Of a stretch of DNA of 64,000 nucleotides, positions 56,674 through 64,000 are shown piece by piece; within the stretch, counting starts at the first letter, position 1; the number at the start of each line of letters is the position of its first letter. The notes under the pieces were generated by a model. That model ran no database searches. It saw nothing but the letters and a program-made list of their open reading frames with translations, and was not told the DNA's origin. The translations under genes and the position numbers were made by a program. Source of the DNA: a virus. Lineage: Duplodnaviria > Caudoviricetes. The stretch lies in IMG/VR virus record IMGVR_UViG_3300005602_000003, positions 878-64,877 of that record, one strand, 5' to 3'.

Positions 56674-57646
56674 CTTGCTTCTCCTTTGCTACCTGCTCGG
56701 CCACCCAGGCGTAGAGCTTCCGCAACCCCTCGTAAAGCAGCGCGGATGGCGCCCAGCCGAGCTTCTCCTTGATCAGGTCGTTATTCGAGGTTCTGCCGGC
56801 GACGCCGAGCGGCCCCGGGATGTGCTTGATAGCGATGCGCTTGCCGGCTATGTCCGCCGTCAGGCGGACGAGGTCGTCGATCGAGATCATTTCGCTGGAG
56901 CCGAGGTTGACCGGTCCCGCGAAATCCGACTCCATGAGTCTTCGGATGCCGTCACAACACTCGTCGACGTAGAGGAACGATCGAGTCTGGGTGCCGTCAC
57001 CAAAGACTTCGACTTGCCCGCCTTCGGCGGGTGCTTCTGCCACCTTTCGGCAAATTGCCGCTGGTGCTTTTTCTCGACCACCTGTCCAAGTACAGAATGG
57101 ACCAAACACATTATGCAGCCGAGCGACACGAATGCTAAGAGAACAATTGCGTGCGAATGCGTCATAGAGCTTCTCCGCGAACAACTTTTCGAGACCGTAG
57201 GCGCTGTCGGGACGAGCGGGCCATGCCATATCCTCGCGCAGCTCACAGTGATCCGAGTTCATCTGGATGAAGTCCGGGTAGATGCAGGCGCTCGACGAGA
57301 AGAACACCTTCTTGACCTTCGCCTTGACGCAAGCCTCCAGCACGTTGAGATTGATCAGTGCCGAGTTGGCCATGATCGTGGCGTCATTCTGGCCTGTGAA
57401 AATGTACTCGGCGCCCCCCATCTCGGCGGCGAGGCTGTAGACTTCGTCACCCGGCCGGAACATCTGCTGCCAGAAGCCCATGCGGAAGCGCAGATCAGTG
57501 AGCTCGAACTCGTCGGCCGCGGTCGGTTCGAACTCGGGCATCTTGCGATCGATGCCGAGCACGCTGTAGCCGTCTTGCTTGAGGCGCTTGACGAGCGCAG
57601 AACCTATAAATCCGCCCGCGCCCGTCACAATCGCTGATTTACTCAT
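56642..57646 (-). CDS. GDP-mannose 3,5-epimerase-like NAD-dependent epimerase
   Basis: GAGGFIG, LAAEMGG, FSSSACIYP, YGLEK, HNVFGP, GGREKAPAAICRK, GDGTQTRSF, GPLGVAGR. Confidence 0.9.
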   Translation of the reverse strand: MSKSAIVTGAGGFIGSALVKRLKQDGYSVLGIDRKMPEFEPTAADEFELTDLRFRMGFWQQMFRPGDEVYSLAAEMGGAEYIFTGQNDATIMANSALINLNVLEACVKAKVKKVFFSSSACIYPDFIQMNSDHCELREDMAWPARPDSAYGLEKLFAEKLYDAFARNCSLSIRVARLHNVFGPFCTWTGGREKAPAAICRKVAEAPAEGGQVEVFGDGTQTRSFLYVDECCDGIRRLMESDFAGPVNLGSSEMISIDDLVRLTADIAGKRIAIKHIPGPLGVAGRTSNNDLIKEKLGWAPSALLYEGLRKLYAWVAEQVAKEKQDGAVKIAASR

Positions 57647-57857
57647 CCGTTTTTCCCTCTCGCCTTGCTATTTCCCGATCAAGATACCAACGGGCTTTCT
57701 TCAAATCCTCGATCGCATCGCCCTTCAAATCTGCCCGCCAAATATATTTGACTGCGTTACCGAGATTGAAGCCCATGTGCTCCGTGATCTGGATACATTC
57801 GACCCCACTCGGATGCCGAGTGTAGTGCGCAGGATGATTGACCGGATCGTCGGACAT
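57639..57857 (-). CDS. DUF3310 (T7 gp1.7 nucleotide kinase-like) protein
   Basis: VNHPAHY...ECI...FNLGNAVKYIWR...EDLKKARWYL. Confidence 0.9.
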   Translation of the reverse strand: MSDDPVNHPAHYTRHPSGVECIQITEHMGFNLGNAVKYIWRADLKGDAIEDLKKARWYLDREIARREGKTDE

Positions 57858-57858
57858 C

Positions 57859-59115
57859 TTACACCGGCGGAAGCGAAGAATGATCGAACCGGAACGACGA
57901 CAGCCACGGCTGCGTCTCGCGACACTGGATGCCATGGAACGTACAGCCCGGCGTCAGGGCTTCAATCCGAACGTTCCGATAGCTGACGCCGCTCGGGACC
58001 ACAAGCTGGCTCACCCCGCGATCGCGGGGTAAATCGGGCGCGATCTGGTAGCCGGATGCTAGGTCGGTCACTCGGAACCTGCCGGGGCCTTGGACCGTGA
58101 ATTCGCAAGGGCCGAGGATGGGTACTTCCAACCACGGTGGCGGGCCATTCGTGCTGTCGGTCGACTCGGGCACGTTGCCGGCCTTCCACCCGAACGGTCC
58201 CCAGCCTTGACTGTTCACTAATCGCCAGTCGCCCGAGTAGATGCCGCCGATGCCGGGGATCTGGTGCGGGAAAACCACGCTCCCATTCGATGAAGCCAGC
58301 AGGCGCTCGGCGCCTCCGCCATAGGTCTTGATGCCGTTTCGGATCGCGTAAGTGTGCCGAATGAAGTTGTCGAACGCGTCGTCGTTCCGCAGCAAGTCCA
58401 TCCTGCCGTCCGCCATCTTCAACCCTTGGGCCGCGATGTCCTGATCGAGCATGGTGGCGAGCGAAGGTGTGAGGGCGAGACTGGCAAGACCGTGCTTGGC
58501 CAGGATGGCGTCCCAACTCCAGTCACTCGTCAGCGGCTGCTCGCCGCCGCGAAAGGCCCACCAGGCGCCGATGTCGAGGCCGGTGAGCTGGACGAAGACC
58601 TGACGGTTCTCGGTAGTCCAGCCGGTACGGTAGTGGTCCAGGATGATCTTGGCGGCGCGACGGGTGAAGATGACCATCCCGGCGCCGAGGTTGTGGAAAA
58701 TTCCATAGCCGTCGCGTTGGATCAACAGGCGATCCTCGTACGAGCGGGCGGAGACGGCGCCGACTTCGAGGCCGTCATCCTGACCACGCGCGAAGAGCGC
58801 CATCGTGGTCGGATACCACGTAGGCTCAAGCAGCACGTCGTTCTCGCACAGCCCGACGAACGCATAGTCCGCGTTTTCCAACATCTTGGTCAGGGCGTAG
58901 ACGATCGCAGCGTCGGCGCCGCCGTGGACGTTCACGAACATGGCGTGGAACGCAGACCCGTATTCCTTGGAGATCATGTCGGCGTTCTTCGGCGAGCTCC
59001 CGTCAACCCAGAAAATATCCAGCCCGCCGCCGGATGCGCCGAGCAGCGGGGTAACGGAACGGCGCGTGCAGTCGACCCGGTCCTTGGTGAGGAAGCTGAC
59101 CGCGACTTTGCTCAT
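57859..59115 (-). CDS. GT-A fold glycosyltransferase-like protein
   Basis: Start MSKVAVSFLTKDR; WVDGS, LCENDVLL (xND) and SDW motifs. Confidence 0.7.
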   Translation of the reverse strand: MSKVAVSFLTKDRVDCTRRSVTPLLGASGGGLDIFWVDGSSPKNADMISKEYGSAFHAMFVNVHGGADAAIVYALTKMLENADYAFVGLCENDVLLEPTWYPTTMALFARGQDDGLEVGAVSARSYEDRLLIQRDGYGIFHNLGAGMVIFTRRAAKIILDHYRTGWTTENRQVFVQLTGLDIGAWWAFRGGEQPLTSDWSWDAILAKHGLASLALTPSLATMLDQDIAAQGLKMADGRMDLLRNDDAFDNFIRHTYAIRNGIKTYGGGAERLLASSNGSVVFPHQIPGIGGIYSGDWRLVNSQGWGPFGWKAGNVPESTDSTNGPPPWLEVPILGPCEFTVQGPGRFRVTDLASGYQIAPDLPRDRGVSQLVVPSGVSYRNVRIEALTPGCTFHGIQCRETQPWLSSFRFDHSSLPPV

Positions 59116-60152
59116 AGCACTGTCTCCAGGTCGTCCAAGAACGCGAGGGCGGCTTCGATCGTGCTGGTCGGCCAAAACGACTCGGAGTTGGAACAGAAAA
59201 ACACATGCCTGACGAGGTCGAGAGTCGGTTGCGGACAAGGGAACTCGTGGGCGTCCAGCCAGTCGGCGAGGCGGGCGACGTTCTCCATGCCGTCGATCTC
59301 GCCGCGAAGATCCTTCACGAGATCGTGCTTATTCCTCTCCTGATACGCGAAGGGTCGGCCGAAGTGTGTGACGTATCCCTTTTCGCGCATGACACGCTGC
59401 ATGATCAAGCTGGCGTAGATGTCGTCATAACGGCCGACGCCGGGCAGCATGAAGAACGCGGGCGCGAGTTCGCGCACGAACGCGGTGTTCTGCGAGTTGG
59501 TGATCGTCCAGGTGTCTTTGGGGTCGACCACGAAACCGGACTTGAGAACTTCGTCCACCCGCCTGACGGCGGGCGAGCGGACGATGCGCTCGACCGCGGA
59601 GGTGTCGGGATCGCCCAGGATCATGCCTTGGGCCAAACCGATCTCGGCGTCGACCACGGGGGTGAACGTAGCTTGCCCCGCTGACGCGGGGTCGATCGGG
59701 AAGCCGCGCTGCGTTGCCGGAGGCGTGAGGAACTGGCCGGGGTCGAGCCAGCCGGATGGAGAAGAGGCTTGGAGGCCGGAAAACGGCTTGGCATACGTGT
59801 CGAGTAAAAATTGAAACTGAAGAAAGTAATTCGGGTCCATCGGGATGTTGTCGTCATCGATACTGATGATCACATCCGCGCCCCACCCCAAGGCTTCGAG
59901 CACCGCGATGTTCCGGCGCTGGATGCAACTCCACGGAATCAATTCACAACATTTATAACCGAGGGACTTCTGCCTTTCGGGCGGATACCATTCCGTGTTC
60001 GACAGGTTCGTGCAAAAATTGTACGTATCCACGATCGGAGACTTCTCGTCACCCACACAAAAAAACCTCACGCTTGCAGCCGGATCAAAGCGCCTAAAAA
60101 GTGCAAGCACTGTGGGCACGTTTATCGTCGTGAGAATCAGCGCCGTTTTCAT
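59112..60152 (-). CDS. RGP/STELLO (DUF288, GT75)-like protein, possible NDP-sugar pyranose-furanose mutase
   Basis: LTTINVP, VGDEKSP, RRNIA, IDDDN, RGFP, GDPDTSA, NSQNT, GRYDDI, QERNKHDL.KDL..E. Confidence 0.8.
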   Translation of the reverse strand: MKTALILTTINVPTVLALFRRFDPAASVRFFCVGDEKSPIVDTYNFCTNLSNTEWYPPERQKSLGYKCCELIPWSCIQRRNIAVLEALGWGADVIISIDDDNIPMDPNYFLQFQFLLDTYAKPFSGLQASSPSGWLDPGQFLTPPATQRGFPIDPASAGQATFTPVVDAEIGLAQGMILGDPDTSAVERIVRSPAVRRVDEVLKSGFVVDPKDTWTITNSQNTAFVRELAPAFFMLPGVGRYDDIYASLIMQRVMREKGYVTHFGRPFAYQERNKHDLVKDLRGEIDGMENVARLADWLDAHEFPCPQPTLDLVRHVFFCSNSESFWPTSTIEAALAFLDDLETVL

Positions 60153-60510
60153 ATGTGCCTCCACATCTGTCCGTGACGTATTCGGCTAATGACTGAAGTC
60201 GCTACGCCGTAGCGCCTCGCTAGAATCACGCCCTTGGCCGAAGATCGTTTAATCCGCTTAACCTTCGCTTCAGTCAATTTTGCCATCGCGTTACGCGATC
60301 CAGGCTGGGAATTTTTCCCGATCATATTTCTGTAAGATTTCCAACCGAGGACATGAATCGCATGCAACGTCTGTTCGCGGTGCGTAGCTAACTCCAAATT
60401 AGAGAGCGCATTATTCTTTCGGTTTCCGTCTTTGTGGTTGATTGTCAAATCATCAGGAATTTCGCCCTTGAAATGAAACCATACAAGCCGATGAACGGAA
60501 GCTGTAGCAC
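60149..60510 (-). pseudogene. 5'-truncated HNH endonuclease
   Basis: VHRLVW...INHKDGNRKNNALSNLE plus HTH tail; the upstream part of this frame overlaps the 60445-60693 gene and has no credible own start. Confidence 0.6.
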
Positions 60511-60693
60511 GGACCCCGTCAAGCGCCATCCCTCGATAACGCAGCTTTTCGAGTCGCCATCCGTCACCCACGAGCACTCGTAGTTGATCGCGTCTCTGGC
60601 CCGCCATGTCACTGCCGTCACGACGGCAGTCAGATGCTGGTCGGCGTCGATGTGAACCTTGTCGCCGATGTCGAAGTCAGACTCGATCTTCAT
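60445..60693 (-). CDS. Small SH3-like phage protein
   Basis: FDIGDKV...V.AV...YECSW; GGGGGAG RBS. Confidence 0.6.
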   Translation of the reverse strand: MKIESDFDIGDKVHIDADQHLTAVVTAVTWRARDAINYECSWVTDGDSKSCVIEGWRLTGSVLQLPFIGLYGFISRAKFLMI

Positions 60694-60880
60694 TAGCTTT
60701 CTCCCCCTCGGATTCACCTGCCCCCGCCTGCGGCTCGCCCGCCAGTCGGCGGGACCACTGATCGAAAATATCCCGCATCATCCACGACATGGACCGCCGC
60801 TGCCGCTTCGCTTCCTTGCGCACGGCGGCGCGCATCTCGCGGGAGAGGCGGACGGTCGTGGGAAAATCTGAAAGTCCCAA
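60677..60880 (-). CDS. Ribbon-helix-helix (Arc/CopG-like) regulator
   Basis: PTTVRLSREMRAAVRKEAKRQRRSMSWMMR. Confidence 0.8.
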   Translation of the reverse strand: MGLSDFPTTVRLSREMRAAVRKEAKRQRRSMSWMMRDIFDQWSRRLAGEPQAGAGESEGEKANEDRV

Positions 60881-61041
60881 GTGTTTGATCCGCTAGTTCA
60901 ACCCGCTGACGCGGGTCAAGGAAAACGACCGGACGAGCCTCGCGAGGGGGTTTGGGGGGAGCAAAACCCGTCCGGCCGTGTCGCCTGTTCCCCACATCTC
61001 GCCCGCCTCTCGGCGGGTGAACGTGCAGGTGACAGACAGGG

Positions 61042-61069
61042 AGTGTAGTAAGAAAGAATACAAAGTCAA
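61042..61069 (-). promoter_or_regulatory. Sigma70-like promoter upstream of the RHH/glycosylation/terminase run
   Basis: Minus strand TTGACT-16 nt-TACACT. Confidence 0.55.
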
Positions 61070-61105
61070 GTGCCGTAGATGCTCTCCCATTTTGACTGAA
61101 TCAGT

Positions 61106-61474
61106 TCACTCTGCGTGGGGCCACGCCAACACGTCGTCTTCCATTTTGGCGATATCAACGTTCGGATTTCGGGGTGGCTCCGGGAGTGGCATCCAGTGAG
61201 ACGGAACACCCATTGTCGGTCGAGCCCTGCGTCCGATGCCACCCCAATACCCGCCCTGCTTCTCTTCGAGGAACTTGCGCTTGTCGCCGCCGAAATCGTT
61301 TCCAGCGATTTCTCCTGGCGACCACCAACGGATCATAGTTATGTGCGGCTTGGTCTGTCGGAACGTTCCGAAGCGGGTTTTTACCTCGGCTCTCGGGAAA
61401 TAGCCCAAGATGACGGTCCCATCTTTTGGGGCGCTATGCCAATAGCGCCAATGCTGATTCATTTGCTCCTCCAA
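61106..61474 (-). CDS. DUF551-like protein
   Basis: SAPKDGTVILG...PSHWMPLPEPP. Confidence 0.8.
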   Translation of the reverse strand: MEEQMNQHWRYWHSAPKDGTVILGYFPRAEVKTRFGTFRQTKPHITMIRWWSPGEIAGNDFGGDKRKFLEEKQGGYWGGIGRRARPTMGVPSHWMPLPEPPRNPNVDIAKMEDDVLAWPHAE

Positions 61475-61486
61475 GGATCAATTCGC

Positions 61487-61756
61487 TTATCTACGACCAG
61501 GTGCTTCCGGTATCCAGAAGATTAGGCCAACCAAATACCCGCCGCATAAAAACCAACCGCACCTCAGTAGATTCTGATCCGCCATATCGAAAAGATAACA
61601 GCGGCATTCTGGATTGTACCAATCTCCGCTGCTTTCGCAGATTCCGTAGCCGTGACCAGCGCACCACACGGCATAAATTCCAATAACAATTCCTATTGCG
61701 CAGACGGATACAGAAAGGATGCGGCCAACCCAAAGCAAGATCCAAAGCATGGGCAT
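61487..61756 (-). CDS. Membrane hypothetical protein
   Basis: N-terminal TM helix, Cys-rich. Confidence 0.5.
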   Translation of the reverse strand: MPMLWILLWVGRILSVSVCAIGIVIGIYAVWCAGHGYGICESSGDWYNPECRCYLFDMADQNLLRCGWFLCGGYLVGLIFWIPEAPGRR

Positions 61757-61787
61757 TCTTCCCCTTGTGAAATAACCTGCTCAGCAG

Positions 61788-62138
61788 CTACTTGAGCGGT
61801 TCACCCGCCGTTGGCGGGGCTCCGGGCTGCGCGGCACGCAGGTAGAGCAGCACCTGGGCGATGACGGCTGAGCCGTCAGCTCCGATGGACTTGGCGGCTA
61901 AATCCAGGATGGAGTCCTTGGCGGTCCCGCCTGTGGCGGGTGAACCTGCCGAAGGCATGGTGCCAGCCAGCCACGACAATGCCTGGGGCGGCATGAAGAT
62001 CACGACGCACTGCGGCATGCCGGATGGGCAGGGGATAGCGGCTTGCCCGGCGGCAGCCGAGGCGGCGGGTTGCTGGGCGAAAGCAGACGACCCGATCAGA
62101 CAAGACGCAGTGACGCAAGCCGTGAAAACTCGGCGCAT
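61788..62138 (-). CDS. Secreted hypothetical protein
   Basis: Signal peptide ending SAFA-QQ. Confidence 0.65.
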   Translation of the reverse strand: MRRVFTACVTASCLIGSSAFAQQPAASAAAGQAAIPCPSGMPQCVVIFMPPQALSWLAGTMPSAGSPATGGTAKDSILDLAAKSIGADGSAVIAQVLLYLRAAQPGAPPTAGEPLK

Positions 62139-62163
62139 GAATAATCTCCTAGATGGAAGCGGA

Positions 62164-62340
62164 TTAGCGGCCTTGCAGGATGAACCCGAAGTCGTGCCAG
62201 CCAAGCAAGAACAACAGGAACCAGAGAAAGATGCTGGTCATGTATTGACCGCGCGGGCCGCCCCAACCCCACCACCCGACGCCTGCGTAGGCGAGCAACC
62301 ACAGAATCATCAGGATCCAGAACAACAAACCGATCGGCAT
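62164..62340 (-). CDS. Small membrane protein
   Basis: Manual translation MPIGLLFWILMILWLL...LFLLGWHDFGFILQGR; AGGAGG RBS. Confidence 0.75.
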   Translation of the reverse strand: MPIGLLFWILMILWLLAYAGVGWWGWGGPRGQYMTSIFLWFLLFLLGWHDFGFILQGR

Positions 62341-62349
62341 GATAGCCTC

Positions 62350-62514
62350 CTAGATGCGTCCAACCAGGACGAGGATAAGCACGATGATGAGGATCAGCCC
62401 GAGGCCGCCGCCTCCGTAATAGCCAGTGCCGTAGAAGGGACCGCCGCCGAAACCACTGAAGCCGCCGAGCAGGATTATCACGAGAATGATAAGCAGGATG
62501 GTGCCGATCGACAT
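62350..62514 (-). CDS. DUF3309-family small membrane protein
   Basis: Manual translation MSIGTILLIILVIILLGGFSGFGGGPFYGTGYYGGGGLGLILIIVLILVLVGRI. Confidence 0.85.
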   Translation of the reverse strand: MSIGTILLIILVIILLGGFSGFGGGPFYGTGYYGGGGLGLILIIVLILVLVGRI

Positions 62515-62625
62515 CTAGGTTCTCCGGTGTGGGCCGCGATGGCGGAAGAGGTATAGCAGCAAAACAATCTCGTTGCCAATGAACCGCTGCTGGATGGCGT
62601 CCCACCACATTGGGTTCACCCGCCG

Positions 62626-62967
62626 CTAGGCGGGCTCCAGCTTCTTCGGCGCTTGACCCGCGTCAGCGGGTTGGACCGGCACGAGCATCTCGGTGAAAAT
62701 GCCGATGTCGGTTTTGCGGATAGGACGGAAACGGCGACTTCCAAACGAAGGCTCCTTCTCACGCACGACTCCGTCAGGGCAGGTATACATACGCGTCTTG
62801 TTTATGATCTCTTCGACGTACACCCCCAACTCGAATTCCGATTCAAACCCGCGAATTGTGTAAATGCGCCCTTCGACAGGCAGAATCTCGTCGCCGTAAC
62901 CCGGACTACGCTCAGGAGGCGGAGGCCGCCCGTCTATGCACACCACCTGCTGCCCGATCTCGAACAT
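62626..62967 (-). CDS. Conserved phage hypothetical protein
   Basis: FEIGQQVVCID...GRIYTIR...RFRP...TDIGIF. Confidence 0.75.
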   Translation of the reverse strand: MFEIGQQVVCIDGRPPPPERSPGYGDEILPVEGRIYTIRGFESEFELGVYVEEIINKTRMYTCPDGVVREKEPSFGSRRFRPIRKTDIGIFTEMLVPVQPADAGQAPKKLEPA

Positions 62968-63068
62968 CACGGTTTCTCCCATCGATCCTGAAACGTCCTG
63001 CCGACATCGTCGGTCGTGCCCGGCACGTTGCATGCTAACATGTTGCCCACGGGATTGCAGCCCGGAGG

Positions 63069-63959
63069 CTAAGAGGGCTTGCCGGTGAAAAGTTCACCCG
63101 CCGTCAGGCGGGGCGCTCCCAGCATGTTCAGCCTCAGATAGTCGGAGCGCTGGCCGAAGGCGGCGCCGAGCGCGATGCTGAAGGCTACGAACGTCAGAGC
63201 ATAGAGGATGAAGATGTGCTTACGAAGGTTTTGTGTTGGTTGGTTCATGTTCACCCGCCTCCGGCGGGCATGGCCGGCGGATCGACGAAGCGAAGGTGGA
63301 CGACGTTGCTGGCGCCGGGGGCTACCACGAAGAGTTTTCCGTGCGTAGCCGATAATGCCGTGACGTAGAGCTCGTCGCGGTCCCACCGGATCTCGATCTC
63401 GCCGCCAGGGATCGTGTAGCGTACCACGGCGCGTTCGTGAAGGAAGAGCCGGGGGCGATCTTGCCCCGCGCGAGCGGGATCGACCTCAATGGCGGACGGC
63501 ACGAGGCCGACCGCGTGGGCGAGCTGGTTGTCCTTGTGCTCCAGATCGAGTTGAAGACGCGTGATGAGCTGCTGAGCCCAGAGCGGGAGGGTGCGGGGAT
63601 CCTTGGTGTATTTGTTGCGGGCCATCAAACTATCCACGGTCTCGGAAGGTTGGGCGACCGGGGCACCCAGATGCACTTCCAGATGCCCCGGCATCGGCAA
63701 CAGGGCCTGTGCCATCGCCGACTTTGCGCGGCGCGTCAGTGACGCCTGCCAACAACGCCGCCTCCAGACGCGCAGCTACAGTACCACACGTCAGGTCTCG
63801 TACGATCCGCTTCGCCAACGAGTTGACGAAGGTCGTCGTCTTATCATCCCGGCGCGGCTTGTACCAGTCGACCGCCTCGACGATGCACGGATGCTCCTTG
63901 AGGAAGCCACGGATTTGGCCCTCAACGATCGGCCGGATGATTTTTTCCAAAGGGTCCAT
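63069..63959 (-). CDS. Three hypothetical proteins (63069-63248, 63251-63625, 63630-63959)
   Basis: Closely spaced co-oriented ORFs. Confidence 0.6.
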
Positions 63960-64000
63960 GGCTCGCCCCGCGTCAGCGTGGGCCGAACGTAGTCAAAAAG

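Larger units (their letters stand above)
2322..63478. repeat. Dispersed hairpin repeat family CCCGC(C)-G-N1-3-A-(G)GCGGG, about 55 copies
   Basis: Copies seen at about 3932, 5144, 5262, 5638, 6593, 8491, 8566, 8657, 8733, 8976, 10813, 11788, 13499, 14859, 15010, 15071, 15124, 15155, 15239, 20336, 20474, 21934, 27647, 30621, 30700, 33917, 33941, 34050, 36214, 37289, 42680, 46749, 47064, 47107, 48065, 52363, 52463, 55210, 55490, 56348, 57017, 59558, 59676, 60738, 60902, 61002, 61804, 61926, 62619, 62657, 63097, 63254 and 63465, plus variant-loop copies at 2322, 21279, 35507 and 58014. Often flanked by GGTTCA/TGAACC or TTGA. Confidence 0.9.

Noticed and set aside
2322-63478. Hairpins as ordinary intrinsic terminators
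   Set aside because: They lack U-tracts and most lie inside ORFs or tightly coupled operons; the copy at the convergent junction 48065 could still terminate.
1-64000. tRNA, rRNA, reverse transcriptase/DGR or intron
   Set aside because: No cloverleaf, RT motif or template/variable repeat pair was recognised by eye; a covariance search is needed to exclude structured RNAs.

Overview
The window is most of the genome of a high-GC tailed dsDNA phage with a podovirus-type head, tail and ejection module. A Rhizobiales/Bradyrhizobium-like host is inferred from host-like small genes. No host housekeeping genes are visible, and the left end cuts through a gene. Layout: two DNA methyltransferases and a likely origin next to a Prim-Pol/helicase gene (1-5 kb); a + strand replication and accessory arm with family A DNA polymerase, PD-(D/E)XK nuclease, VRR-NUC, SNF2 helicase, SSB-like protein, Tad1, Lar and many small ORFs (5-20 kb); and a long - strand arm with sugar-modification genes, a serine recombinase, terminase, portal, capsid, tail, ejection, appendage and lysis genes (20-64 kb). 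Four unusual signals stand out. (1) About 55 dispersed copies, counted by eye, of a 14-17 bp hairpin CCCGC(C)-G-N1-3-A-(G)GCGGG, written into protein linkers in several reading frames and on both strands, with compensatory stem changes. (2) A block of tail-fibre/appendage genes that all begin with Sec-type signal peptides. (3) A GDP-mannose epimerase / RGP-STELLO-like / glycosyltransferase cluster upstream of terminase. (4) Two tandem 15-aa arginine-rich micro-ORFs heading the capsid operon. All assignments are from motif recognition by eye; no searches were run.
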